Shown one piece after another: positions 8,072 to 17,632 of a stretch of 41,024 nt of DNA. The position numbers were made by a program, and so were the translations under genes. The notes under the pieces were generated by a model. The model was not told the origin of the DNA, did not search any database, and saw only the letters and a list, made by a program, of their open reading frames with translations. This DNA is from a virus (lineage: Duplodnaviria; Caudoviricetes), in IMG/VR virus record IMGVR_UViG_3300033402_000780, positions 1-41,024 of that record; one strand, given 5' to 3'. Within the stretch, counting starts at the first letter, position 1; every line of letters starts with the position of its first letter.

Positions 8072-11000
8072 ACACACTCCTTACAGCCGCGTTGACGATA
8101 CTCATTGCGGCGGTTGGGCAAACGGGTACGGTGTAGGACGTGGTGGTAGCCCCGACCGTGACCATATCGAAAAGGTAGTTAGCCGCCGCCGTTGGATCGG
8201 ACCCGGTGAAGGCGACGACGTTGAAGGCGGACGGCGTGGGATAGTTGCTGGGCCACGTCCATGAGATGGTGAGCCACACGATTGCAGCCGTAGTGACAGA
8301 ACCGTTTGAATTGACCGTGACGCCGGCGCTTGCCGTTGCGCTTCCGCCGCTCCCGCTTGTGTTGGTGGCGCTCTGCGAGATGGTGACAATGGGCGGATCG
8401 GGATACGGCGTGATGTACGCCGGGATGAGACTCATGAGGCCGCCGGCGGCCACGGAAAGCACCGCGACAATCATGTACATGCCCGTGCGGAGCGTGGTAT
8501 CCGTCCACGTTGTTCCGGTGCCATCCCACAGCACGGTCGCCGTGTCCCACGGGTAATAGTCCTGGCTGCCTTGGTAGCGAATCTCGTAGTGATCCGCGCC
8601 GGTGACGGCCGCCCAGGTGAGCACCGGCAGGCCGCTGGAGTTGATGGCGCAACTAAAGCCGGTGACGTTGGCGGGCACGTTGGTGGAGGCTTGCACGGTA
8701 ATCAAGCCCGTAACCGGGTTGCCTAGCAAGTTTCCTTGCCAATCGAATCCGGTTGCGCTCACGTTGTACGTGGTGCCGATGGTGCCCACAAAGGTGCAGC
8801 TCTGACCTTGAATGTTGCCCAGCGTGTTCCATGTTCCGCCGGAGGCTTGCACCTGCACCTGGGCACCCACGGCGGTGTTATTGTTGCGCCAGCCAACGGA
8901 GACAACAGCGGAGTTGGATGAGCCGGTGAGGGTCCCGTTTTGAAACTGCTCAACCAACGTGAGGTCGGTAATCACAGGCGAGGAATCGGGCACGCCCACA
9001 ATCTCGCCGTAGTTGGGCACCACGTCGGTGTAGATGGTGGCGTTGTACTCCATGGCCCCGATGTCAAAGTTGAAGTCACCGGATTTCTTGATGCTCACCA
9101 CGCGGAAGAGCTTGGCGGGTTGGGCACCGGCGCTTTGGCCATAAGCCCAGGCACTGTCTTTCGAGGGCACGGCGGAGAACTGCCCCGAGACGGAAACCAC
9201 CGAGCCAAATCCCGGCGTGACAGCAACGGCGGTGACACTGAGGTTGTCAATCACATTGCAGTCGTAGAGCGTGAGCACCTGGCCGGCGGCAAGGCTCCCC
9301 GTGCTGCCTGAGAGCGTGATGGTTGAGCCGGAGTATCCGGTAACGATGTACTCGTTTCCGGGTCCGTCAACGGCCTTGACAATGCGCCCGGTGGGGAGCG
9401 CGGCCGTCATGGTGACGTTGAGGCCGGAGACGGATTGCACCTGTGCGGTTCCGCGTTGCACCACGGGATGCTGTACGCTCACCGTCCACCCGGAGGCCGC
9501 TGCAAAGGTCAGGTCGGTGCGGTCAACGCTCAACGTGTTGAGGGTGGAACCGGCTTGTACGCGGCCACCCACGGCCCATTGCACAACATCGGACTGGAGA
9601 GCGATCACCGATCCAAGCGAACAGCAGACGGCCTCAACGGGCGCGCTGAATTGCACCGTGCGCAACGTGAGCTTGGTGCTCATCAGATGGAAGTAAGCCC
9701 AGCGCCAGGCTTGGTCGCGGCTTGTGCATCCGGTGAGCTTGGTGCGCGTGATCTTGGGTTGCAAGCCGCTGTTGATGTCCGCCGCCGTCATGACGGATAC
9801 GGGCAAGTCCATGCGGTAATTGCGGGCGGCGTCGGCGAAGTCAACTTCAATCAGCGTGCAGCGATCATCGAGAGCCATCCATTGCTCTTGAAAGCTGGAT
9901 TTCTTGGTGTTGCCCACAGTGAAGAGCTGTACCGGATCGCCGGGCGCGTCGAGGATCACGCTGTAACGCATTCCAAGCTGAATGATGGAAGCGCGGCTCA
10001 TGCCGCCGATGATGCCGAGCGCGTGCCACGCATCCCCGGCTTGGTCAAAGGTTCCCGAGAAGATGTGCCGGCGCACCTGGGAGCCGTCCTGATTCGTCAC
10101 CATCTGATCGTTGAACGCGGCCCATGCGACGAAAGCGGGAACATCGATCAGGTTGGCGGCAATGCCCATGCCATAGAGCGGGTTGACGAGCATGTCATAG
10201 GCCACGATGGCCGGGTTGTCATGCTCGTAGCTGGAGAGCCGCGCGGGGATCACGGTATCCGCGCCGATGTCATGCTTGATGGTGGCCATGAGTTGAATGC
10301 TTCCGCCGTTCAACTGTGAAGTGGCCAGAGCCTTGACGCCCACAAGGATCATGTTCGGGTACGAGAGATTCGACCAGAAAATCTCATTGATGTTCCACAG
10401 CCAGCAATCGCAGACGGTTTGAGAGCTGGTTGCATCGCTGTAGAAGATGTAGTGGTTGTTATCCCACTCCCACGCCACCTTGGTTATGCGTACATCCCAC
10501 TGGCCGGAAGTGAGCCCGTAGACGCTCACGGTGTCAAAGAACGCGGAGAAAGTGCAGTCCTCAACAATGCGGTAACCCTGCCACCAACTGGTAACAAGAG
10601 CTTGGTTGAGGTTGGGGTCGCACGGCTGCCACTCACCCTTGAACGTGGCCGAGGTGTTGGAGGTTGTGCCGTCCACGTTGTTCGTGGTCACCGTTTGTGT
10701 GTTGCTCCACAGGTCGCCGGGCGTGTGGGTGCCATTGTCACTGGCGTAGACGATGCCTGAACCGGCAAAGCGATCGGTGGGCACCACAACCCATGCGGGC
10801 CAGGTCTGCGTTCCGTCGCTATGCGTGGTGGCAACGGTCTGTGTGTTGTTCGGGAAGAGCGGAGATGTCCAGGTGTTGGTGTTATGCGGCGACACCTCAA
10901 TCTTGTAAATCACCTTGAGTGGTACATCGTTGCCGTCGCCGGTGATGCGGTAGAGGCCAGAGGGGAACTTGACGGTGATGTCCAACCCCTGGACGTTGGT

Positions 11001-11978
11001 TCCCGTGCCCTGCACCACGATAGGCCCGTTCGAGATGAGCATCTCAATCTTTTGCGGGTAGCCGTTGGTTGTGCGGTCAAAGCCGTCAATAGGCGCTTGA
11101 TTGTTGGTGCCCAGGCGCACCTGATAGGAGCAGTTGCTAAAGACGGAGATGGGCTGTTGATTGATGAGCACGTTGGAAATGCTCACGGCCTGGCCCCATC
11201 CGTAGCAGACAAGGCAGTTGATGTAAGCGTCTTTTCCGTCGAAGTTCACATAAGACGAAATGACGTTGCCACACCAACCCATGGTGCCGTACCCCTTGGG
11301 GACGGGCACGCCGGGTTGTGCGAGACCCTTGGGGCCGGTGGGGTCATAACTTGCGGACCATGCCGGGGAACTTTGCTGCCCTGGAGAGAACGCCCAGGAG
11401 ATAAGCAGGCTGCCCACCATGCCCACGCCGGCAGAGATAGCGGCGGCCATGCCGGTAGTGAGATAGGGTCCGAGGAAGGCCAGGAAACCGACTCCGCCCG
11501 CGCCCGCCGTGATGGCCGCACAGAGCACGGTGAGCGCCAACATGCTCACCATCTCCCACACCTTGCCGCCGGCGGCGCGCGGATAGAGAACTATTTCGTC
11601 TCCCGGCTCAACTTCGGTGGAAGATAAGTCCTCGTCAAGGACGCGGTCACCGTTGAGGCTGCACTTGAAATCCGCAAGCCGAAACTCATTCCTAAACTCG
11701 GCGGCTTGGTGTTCCTCAGCGAAGCTCAGCGCGTCTTTGACATCCCCGTCCAACGCGCGCTCGATAATCGCGGCCATGCTTTCGTTATTGAATGTCGGTA
11801 TCTCAAAGACGCGGTGCTCTTCAGGCTTGAAAGGATTGTCATTGACAAGGATGCGCACAGGGCGCGAGGTGAGCGTGCGCTCGATGTCCGGGAGAACATA
11901 AGCGGGCGCGGCGCACTCGACAATGGAGACAACTTGCGCGGGTGGATTTAAGGACGGGAAGTTAGAACTTGTTTCCAT
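8064..11978 (-). CDS. Central tail tip protein (gpJ-like) with N-terminal gpI-like ubiquitin fold and FN3-like C-terminus
   Basis: GDEIVLYPRAAGG, PVPKGYG, LSYPN, DNPA, GCTSRDQA and FRVVSI motifs; likely start 11978. Confidence 0.9.
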   Translation of the reverse strand: METSSNFPSLNPPAQVVSIVECAAPAYVLPDIERTLTSRPVRILVNDNPFKPEEHRVFEIPTFNNESMAAIIERALDGDVKDALSFAEEHQAAEFRNEFRLADFKCSLNGDRVLDEDLSSTEVEPGDEIVLYPRAAGGKVWEMVSMLALTVLCAAITAGAGGVGFLAFLGPYLTTGMAAAISAGVGMVGSLLISWAFSPGQQSSPAWSASYDPTGPKGLAQPGVPVPKGYGTMGWCGNVISSYVNFDGKDAYINCLVCYGWGQAVSISNVLINQQPISVFSNCSYQVRLGTNNQAPIDGFDRTTNGYPQKIEMLISNGPIVVQGTGTNVQGLDITVKFPSGLYRITGDGNDVPLKVIYKIEVSPHNTNTWTSPLFPNNTQTVATTHSDGTQTWPAWVVVPTDRFAGSGIVYASDNGTHTPGDLWSNTQTVTTNNVDGTTSNTSATFKGEWQPCDPNLNQALVTSWWQGYRIVEDCTFSAFFDTVSVYGLTSGQWDVRITKVAWEWDNNHYIFYSDATSSQTVCDCWLWNINEIFWSNLSYPNMILVGVKALATSQLNGGSIQLMATIKHDIGADTVIPARLSSYEHDNPAIVAYDMLVNPLYGMGIAANLIDVPAFVAWAAFNDQMVTNQDGSQVRRHIFSGTFDQAGDAWHALGIIGGMSRASIIQLGMRYSVILDAPGDPVQLFTVGNTKKSSFQEQWMALDDRCTLIEVDFADAARNYRMDLPVSVMTAADINSGLQPKITRTKLTGCTSRDQAWRWAYFHLMSTKLTLRTVQFSAPVEAVCCSLGSVIALQSDVVQWAVGGRVQAGSTLNTLSVDRTDLTFAAASGWTVSVQHPVVQRGTAQVQSVSGLNVTMTAALPTGRIVKAVDGPGNEYIVTGYSGSTITLSGSTGSLAAGQVLTLYDCNVIDNLSVTAVAVTPGFGSVVSVSGQFSAVPSKDSAWAYGQSAGAQPAKLFRVVSIKKSGDFNFDIGAMEYNATIYTDVVPNYGEIVGVPDSSPVITDLTLVEQFQNGTLTGSSNSAVVSVGWRNNNTAVGAQVQVQASGGTWNTLGNIQGQSCTFVGTIGTTYNVSATGFDWQGNLLGNPVTGLITVQASTNVPANVTGFSCAINSSGLPVLTWAAVTGADHYEIRYQGSQDYYPWDTATVLWDGTGTTWTDTTLRTGMYMIVAVLSVAAGGLMSLIPAYITPYPDPPIVTISQSATNTSGSGGSATASAGVTVNSNGSVTTAAIVWLTISWTWPSNYPTPSAFNVVAFTGSDPTAAANYLFDMVTVGATTTSYTVPVCPTAAMSIVNAAVRSVYA

Positions 11979-12340
11979 CGATAGAAGCCCTCTATTCGAG
12001 CTTTCCACGGAAACGAGTTATACCGCTCTTTTAGGACTCCAACGCCCTCGCGGCTGTGCAGCATCCAACCATCTCCGCAGACCACACCGATATGCCAGCG
12101 TGGATTGAGGGAGCGAATAAGTATGGCGTCACCGGGAGCTGGGTCCGCAACTAACTCCCAATCGGCAACGGCAAGCTCTACGGCCTCCACTGCGCTTGCA
12201 TACGCGGGCACCGGAACGCCGAGACGGCGCTCTATCTCCAGCAGTAAGCCAACACAGTCATAGGCATCTGGACCGCGCGCGTCTTCACGCCACGGCTTTC
12301 CTAGCAAGTCTGCCCACAGTGAGTAAGGGATGGTCTGCAT
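11948..12340 (-). CDS. Tail assembly protein, NlpC/P60 (gpK-like)
   Basis: GPDAYDCVGL...WHIGV...LHS. Confidence 0.9.
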   Translation of the reverse strand: MQTIPYSLWADLLGKPWREDARGPDAYDCVGLLLEIERRLGVPVPAYASAVEAVELAVADWELVADPAPGDAILIRSLNPRWHIGVVCGDGWMLHSREGVGVLKERYNSFPWKARIEGFYRWKQVLTSRP

Positions 12341-12348
12341 CTAGTTCT

Positions 12349-12384
12349 CCACCCCAGCGGCATGGACCCGCCGCCAGGGACCCC
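12349..12384 (-). repeat. 36-nt conserved hairpin element, copy A
   Basis: GGGGT-CCCTGGCGGC-GGGTCCAT-GCCGCTGGGG-TGG, 8 nt before the gpK ATG. Confidence 0.85.
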
Positions 12385-12386
12385 GG

Positions 12387-13052
12387 TTAGTTTTGTGCCG
12401 CCAGCACTGTGCCGTTGGTTCCGATGCCTGGGAACGCTCCGAAGCGGCCGGCATTGTTATGCACCTTGCAGCCGTTCGCGCCGTTGTACGTGCCATCGCA
12501 GTTGGTGAGCGATCCGGTGTATCCACACCAGATGCTTTTGTAGTGCGAAACGTACATGCAGAAATTGGCTCGGTAAAGGTACTTGGGAAAGAGTTGCCGC
12601 AATGGGCTGGGAGCGGAGAGAGAGAACGTGACCACTTCCGCCGTGCTCACGGACTTCATTATCGTTGTGGAGACAGCCAAGTCCGGCTCACCGGCGGGAT
12701 GCGCGGTGTTGTAGACGTACACGTTTGCCGTGGCACCCGCGAGGCCACCGTACTGCTCAATGATGCCTTGCAGGATGCGCATGGTATTCGATGCCTTGAG
12801 CACCATCGTGGGCAGTTGTCCAGAGCCTGGCTGCTCAGCGGAGAATTCAAAGTTGAATGGTTGATACGTCTGTACGCCGTTGCCATCGCCGGCGTCGAAT
12901 TGGATCGGGTCAACGTTGCGCGCAAAGCGCATGTGTTGCCCGTTCCAAATGATGTCGAGCAACAGAAGCCAGGCGTCTCCGGAGGCCAGCACGAACTTAT
13001 CGCGCTGGGCAGCCAGGGAGAGCACGGCCATGGGAGAGACGGCAGTGGGCAC
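12387..13052 (-). CDS. Minor tail protein, gpL/DUF1833-like
   Basis: YQPFNFEF motif; C-terminal four-Cys cluster and RFGAFPGI. Confidence 0.85.
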   Translation of the reverse strand: MPTAVSPMAVLSLAAQRDKFVLASGDAWLLLLDIIWNGQHMRFARNVDPIQFDAGDGNGVQTYQPFNFEFSAEQPGSGQLPTMVLKASNTMRILQGIIEQYGGLAGATANVYVYNTAHPAGEPDLAVSTTIMKSVSTAEVVTFSLSAPSPLRQLFPKYLYRANFCMYVSHYKSIWCGYTGSLTNCDGTYNGANGCKVHNNAGRFGAFPGIGTNGTVLAAQN

Positions 13053-13054
13053 GG

Positions 13055-13993
13055 TTATACCTCCGTCAGTTCGAGCTTGGCTCCGTAGACTTTCACGCCG
13101 TTGCCCCAGCCGATGTCTGCGATTTCAGGCAGAGAAGAGAAGCGCACAAGACAGCCAAGCGACTGCGATCCAACCATGCGGCCGTAGGGCGTGAGCGGCG
13201 TGAGCAAGCTGCAACCCACCGTGTCCCAAGAAACCGATGCGGAGCCGTCAAGCGTGATGGCCGACGCGGTGGAGTTGGTAAGCGTGACGAGGAGACTCAC
13301 TTTGAAGCTGGCCGCGCTGGCCGGCACGGTGAACTGATAGCCGTACGTCTGCCATCCCACGCCGATGGTTGCCGCCGTGCCGTTTACCGTTGACAGCGCT
13401 CCGCCGCCAGCATTCAAGTAAGACACGCTCACTTGCGCGCCAAGCACGCCCGCCGCCAGTGTGCCCTGGATCGCATCCAGGGCCGCTGTGAAGACGTAAA
13501 CCTCTCCGGGCTTGCAGGGCACTGCCAGATCACAGTTGAGCGCGCCTGTGACGGTTGTGTTCGCGGCAATGGTATTTGTGGCCACGGTTCCGAACTTGAT
13601 TACCTGGGTGCCGTCCGCAACCGTGGTAGTGCCGATGCCGATGGACTCCTGAACCGGCGCGCTGGAGATGTTCCACCCCAAGACAAGATCGGAGGCCGTG
13701 AGGGCCGGAAACTCAAAGGACCAATTGGGCAGGAGGTTGGGAAAGAGAAAGCTGTTGCCACCGCGCGCCGCGTAGCTGGGCGACATGAAAAACTCGTCCA
13801 ACGCGCGGATGTCTTCCGCTACGAGGTTGCGGACGTTGAACGGCCAGGTACGCCGGGCGCGGGTCCCACGCGGGCGGGTGGAGACATACCCGCTCTCCGC
13901 CGGATCGCGGATCGTGTCATCCTCGGTTTTCTTCGAGGTGTCCATCGAAGGTTGGCGCGAAAGTGACGGAAAGATGAGCGGGAATGTCGCCAT
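13055..13993 (-). CDS. Distal tail protein (gpM/Dit-like) with inserted CBM-like domain
   Basis: GYVSTRPR.TR.RRTW N-terminus; NLLPNWSFE insertion; VRF...LELTEV C-terminus. Confidence 0.75.
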   Translation of the reverse strand: MATFPLIFPSLSRQPSMDTSKKTEDDTIRDPAESGYVSTRPRGTRARRTWPFNVRNLVAEDIRALDEFFMSPSYAARGGNSFLFPNLLPNWSFEFPALTASDLVLGWNISSAPVQESIGIGTTTVADGTQVIKFGTVATNTIAANTTVTGALNCDLAVPCKPGEVYVFTAALDAIQGTLAAGVLGAQVSVSYLNAGGGALSTVNGTAATIGVGWQTYGYQFTVPASAASFKVSLLVTLTNSTASAITLDGSASVSWDTVGCSLLTPLTPYGRMVGSQSLGCLVRFSSLPEIADIGWGNGVKVYGAKLELTEV

Positions 13994-14035
13994 ACCTCAA
14001 CCATGCGGCGATATTGGAAAAGGCCGCAAAATCCG
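13991..14035 (-). promoter_or_regulatory. Late-promoter motif copy (Dit operon), leaderless
   Basis: ATTTTGCG-N19-CATGGT-N6-ATG. Confidence 0.65.
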
Positions 14036-14070
14036 GGGTCCCCGTTGGCGGGTCCATGCCAATGGGGTGG
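14035..14070 (+). repeat. 36-nt conserved hairpin element, copy B
   Basis: GGGGT-CCCCGTTGGC-GGGTCCAT-GCCAATGGGG-TGG, 11 nt before ATG 14082. Confidence 0.85.
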
Positions 14071-14081
14071 AAAATAGAGCT

Positions 14082-14789
14082 ATGCAACTCAAGGCGACGG
14101 TGGATGTGAGTGAAGCGGTGGCGGGCTTGGATGAGCTACAACACAAGAGCTTGCCGTTTGCGCTGGCAAAGACGTTGACGGGATGCGCCAAGGCCGGCCA
14201 GACCGTGGTTCAAGAGAACCTGGGCGGCAAGTTCACACTACGGAACAACTTCACACAGCGAGGCATCCGCATCAAGCCGGCAGAAAAGAATGGCGCGGTG
14301 ATCGAGGCGGACGTTCACACGCACACCGACACGCCAGGGCACCCTGATTATCTTGGCATTCAAGAGGATGGTGGAGAGAAAGTCCCGTGGGGCGGGCACC
14401 ATTACGTCTCGGTGCCAACCAAATATCTCCGGCAGTTGGCCCCAGGGATCATCCCGGCGGAACTAAAGCCTGGGGCGCTGCTCACTGCGGTGGGCGGCCG
14501 GTTCACGGCCCACACGCGCAAAGGCCAGATCGCACTGCGCAACCAGAAAGTGGTGCAGGGGTTCGTTTTCTTTGTGCAGAGCCTCGGCGACGGGCACAAG
14601 GCCATCATGGGCCGGTACTGGACGGATCGGGACGCCTACCCGTTTTACCTGCTCATTCCGGAGGCACACATCAAGCCAAGGCTCGAGATGCAACAGGACG
14701 TAGAGCGCGCGGCGCAAGCGGCATTCCCGGAGCTATGGGCGGGTACATGGCGTCAGATCATGGCGCGCGGGTTGCGTATCACATCGTAA
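14082..14789 (+). CDS. gpZ-like minor tail/neck protein, on the opposite strand
   Basis: LPFALAKTLT..AK, FTLRNNFTQRGIRI, YLGIQEDGG and IKPRLEM resemble the gpZ / HK97-gp10-like family. Confidence 0.65.
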   Translation: MQLKATVDVSEAVAGLDELQHKSLPFALAKTLTGCAKAGQTVVQENLGGKFTLRNNFTQRGIRIKPAEKNGAVIEADVHTHTDTPGHPDYLGIQEDGGEKVPWGGHHYVSVPTKYLRQLAPGIIPAELKPGALLTAVGGRFTAHTRKGQIALRNQKVVQGFVFFVQSLGDGHKAIMGRYWTDRDAYPFYLLIPEAHIKPRLEMQQDVERAAQAAFPELWAGTWRQIMARGLRITS

Positions 14790-14836
14790 CGGTTGGGGTG
14801 TGTGGTAGACTGCGGTCGCAACTCCGGAGGGTAGCC

Positions 14837-15052
14837 GTGAACGGAAGCTCAGTGGATGGGATCGTTTTAGTTGGGTTGATCGCTGTACTTTATTTTCTAC
14901 CCTTGTGGGTTGCGGCTTCCCGCCGCTGCAAGGCTGGCGCGGGTATAGGTGTGGTGAATATCTTCCTGGGATGGACGTTCATCGGCTGGGTGGTTGCGTT
15001 AGCTTGGGCTGCATGTGGAGAGCAGAAGCCAAAAGAACTCCCCGCCGATTAG
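14837..15052 (+). CDS. Superinfection immunity protein (T4 Imm-like)
   Basis: LYFLP..VA..R....IGVVNIFLGWTFIGWVVALAWA; GGAGG SD; TGnTAGACT extended -10 at 14803-14811. Confidence 0.85.
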   Translation: MNGSSVDGIVLVGLIAVLYFLPLWVAASRRCKAGAGIGVVNIFLGWTFIGWVVALAWAACGEQKPKELPAD

Positions 15053-15450
15053 CGGGGAGTGTCGCTCAGTGGCTTGAGCTTGGCAATGTCAAACGCACCC
15101 TGCTCTGGCATCACCATTGTCAGCCGAAAATGGCCTTTCCAGAATCCGGTCTGAAGATCAGTCCTAAAGAAATACTCTTTCCCCGGCTCAAGTGTGACAA
15201 CCGCTCCAGCTTGCTTGTCATTGGCATAAAACGTGTGGGGTCCAGGTGACAGCCTGACATCGAACACAGTGCCACCTTGAATTCTCCCGACCTCATTCCC
15301 ATCGCAGTAAATCGAGGGTTTGAGAAGGACTCCCTCATACTGCTTATAACGATAAAAATGAACCGTGGCATCCGCAACAGGAGTCTGTTGCGCGTCACAG
15401 ACAGCGCACAGAGAACAAAGAGCGCACAGGAACAACAGAGTTTTTCGCAT
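15049..15450 (-). CDS. Exported DUF2846-like protein (moron)
   Basis: Signal peptide; ATVHFYR...L.PG.H...LEPGKEYF; TATAAT 7 nt before ATG 15450. Confidence 0.7.
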   Translation of the reverse strand: MRKTLLFLCALCSLCAVCDAQQTPVADATVHFYRYKQYEGVLLKPSIYCDGNEVGRIQGGTVFDVRLSPGPHTFYANDKQAGAVVTLEPGKEYFFRTDLQTGFWKGHFRLTMVMPEQGAFDIAKLKPLSDTPR

Positions 15451-15472
15451 GGCCAGCATTATACCTCTACCG

Positions 15473-17632
15473 CTAATGGCCGAACATGCCGGCGAAACCT
15501 TGGGTGATGGCCCCGTTGGTTTCCTGATCTTTCAAGACAATTTGCAGGATCATCGCTTCCGCCTGGCCGCTCGATTGTTGGGTTGAATCTACCTGTTGGG
15601 GCGTGCCCATGTTGTTCAGGATGACTTGTACGCCGCCCGCGCCCGATCCGGAACCCTTCCCTACCTGCAAGGCCCCAGCAACCGAACTGAGCACGGTTCC
15701 CGCCCCGGCGTTGCCGGTCCCGTTCGATGTCGGGCCGGATTTCTTGCCAAACAAGCCCTTCAGTAAGCTCTCCGCGCCGCCGATCCCCTGACCTACCAGG
15801 CCGTTGTGCCCTCCGGTACCCGCCCCATGTGCGCCGCTGCCATCCCAGCCCTTGCCTCCGCGTCCGGAGGGATCGCCGAACAACTCACCGAAAAGCTGAG
15901 ACTCCGCCGTCTGCCCAATGTCTTTGAGCATGTTGGCGCGAATCTGTTTCCACTGCTTATCCCACTTTTCGCCCAGGTCGAAGAGCGGATCGAACAGGCC
16001 ATGCGCGAATTTTTCCGCCTCATTATCGATGCTTTGGGCATTGTTCTTAGAAATTGGCGCAGCTATCAGGGAGTTCGCAGCAGCTTCGCCACCTAATGAT
16101 GTTATCTGGTTCTGCACTTCGTTTCGCTTTTTACTTGTATCCCCGCCGCGACTTTGGATTTGCTCCAACTCGTTCAAGAGCGCATTGAGAACCACAATAT
16201 CGGCTGCATATTGCTTGGCGCGGATCGAAGCCACAGCTTGAGCGGCGGCCTCGTCGCTGATTGATTTAGCAGCTTTGTCGTGCTCCACGGCAGCCTCGGC
16301 AACCTTAGCGGTAGCAGCGGAACGCACCTCTGCTGCGGTCGCCTCCGCCTGAGCCGATTCCTCTTGCGCTTTGAGGGTGTCTTCCCACGTCTTTGTAATC
16401 GCCTCGGTAATGTGGTCGTTCTCACTCTGTGCGTTTTTGGCGTCCGCAATCGATTCGCTCACAAATTCTGAAGTGATCTTCTTTTGTTCTTGAGCGTTCT
16501 TAGTGGCCACCTCTTTGGTGAGTCGGTTGATTTCGTTTAACGCTTCCAGGTATTGAGATGAGCCACGCTGAAACGCACCGATTCTCTTTTGCCAGAACGC
16601 TATCTCATCTTCGATTGACATAGCGTGCTGGCGTTGTTGCTCCGCGAGCGATGTGCGATCAGCCTGCATACGGGCACGACTCTGTTTCTCTAGCACCTCG
16701 GGATCAGTAGGCGGTAGTTTCGCCGGGCCAGTTGCATGTGCCGTCGAGGCGGCAAGATCTTGCGCGGCATGAAGTTGTGCCAGGTATTCATCAAGTGGGT
16801 GCTTTCCGTCATCGGAAAGCCAGTGCCACATGTCTTTCGCCGAGGAGATGATGGTATCCATGCCCTCTGCAAAATCGTTGACATAGGCAGTAATGACCGG
16901 CGCGGCTGTGCCGGTGATGGTGAGGCTTAGACGCTTCCACGCGGCGTCCAGATCGTTCAAGGCGTGGTGCATGTCCTCCATTTTCTTGAGGTCCTCATCG
17001 CTGAAAATGGGTGCCTCCGATTTCATTTTCTCAAGGACCTCCGAGCCTTGATTCAAGATCGGAATCATGTCCTGGCCGGCCTTGCCAAAGAGCTTGACGG
17101 CGGCAACGTTCTTTTCGATACCATCGGGCATCTGCTGGAATTTATCGGCAACCAACTCCATGACGCCGTACATGTCGTTGCCCTTGGTCTTTACTTCCTC
17201 GGCGGAGATGCCAAGGATTTTGAAGCCCTCAGAGAGCTTGCCGGCGTCCGTCTCATGAATGGCCTCGGCAAGTTTCTTTCCCGATTTAGCCACCGTCTCA
17301 AACTCAACACCGCTGGCGGCGGCGGCGTACTTGAGCACCGAAAGGCTATCTGTCGAGATCCCGGTTTGTTGATGGAGTTTGCCTATCTGTACGCCGGCCT
17401 CCATGGTAGAGGTGACCATTTCCCTTAAGCCGTTGACAACCTCTCCGATGCCAACCGTGATGCCGGCGTATTGGAGGCCCTGCATCAAGCTCTGTCCGAT
17501 ACCTGCGAGGGAACTGGAAGCCTCTTTGGCTTTCGCCTCAGTCTCATCCAAGTGTTTCTTGATTGCGTTGAAGACTTCGCCGGTCTTATCTTCGCCGGAT
17601 ACGACAACGATCACGCCGCCTTTACTCGACAT
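15473..17632 (-). CDS. Tape measure protein
   Basis: Long Ala-rich helical protein after the chaperone; QQTGIS...LFGKAG..MIP.LNQG motifs. Confidence 0.9.
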   Translation of the reverse strand: MSSKGGVIVVVSGEDKTGEVFNAIKKHLDETEAKAKEASSSLAGIGQSLMQGLQYAGITVGIGEVVNGLREMVTSTMEAGVQIGKLHQQTGISTDSLSVLKYAAAASGVEFETVAKSGKKLAEAIHETDAGKLSEGFKILGISAEEVKTKGNDMYGVMELVADKFQQMPDGIEKNVAAVKLFGKAGQDMIPILNQGSEVLEKMKSEAPIFSDEDLKKMEDMHHALNDLDAAWKRLSLTITGTAAPVITAYVNDFAEGMDTIISSAKDMWHWLSDDGKHPLDEYLAQLHAAQDLAASTAHATGPAKLPPTDPEVLEKQSRARMQADRTSLAEQQRQHAMSIEDEIAFWQKRIGAFQRGSSQYLEALNEINRLTKEVATKNAQEQKKITSEFVSESIADAKNAQSENDHITEAITKTWEDTLKAQEESAQAEATAAEVRSAATAKVAEAAVEHDKAAKSISDEAAAQAVASIRAKQYAADIVVLNALLNELEQIQSRGGDTSKKRNEVQNQITSLGGEAAANSLIAAPISKNNAQSIDNEAEKFAHGLFDPLFDLGEKWDKQWKQIRANMLKDIGQTAESQLFGELFGDPSGRGGKGWDGSGAHGAGTGGHNGLVGQGIGGAESLLKGLFGKKSGPTSNGTGNAGAGTVLSSVAGALQVGKGSGSGAGGVQVILNNMGTPQQVDSTQQSSGQAEAMILQIVLKDQETNGAITQGFAGMFGH

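Noticed and set aside
13861-13881. GGGTCCCACGCGGGCGGGTGG as a fourth hairpin copy
   Set aside because: Lies inside Dit coding sequence, is too short and lacks the conserved loop
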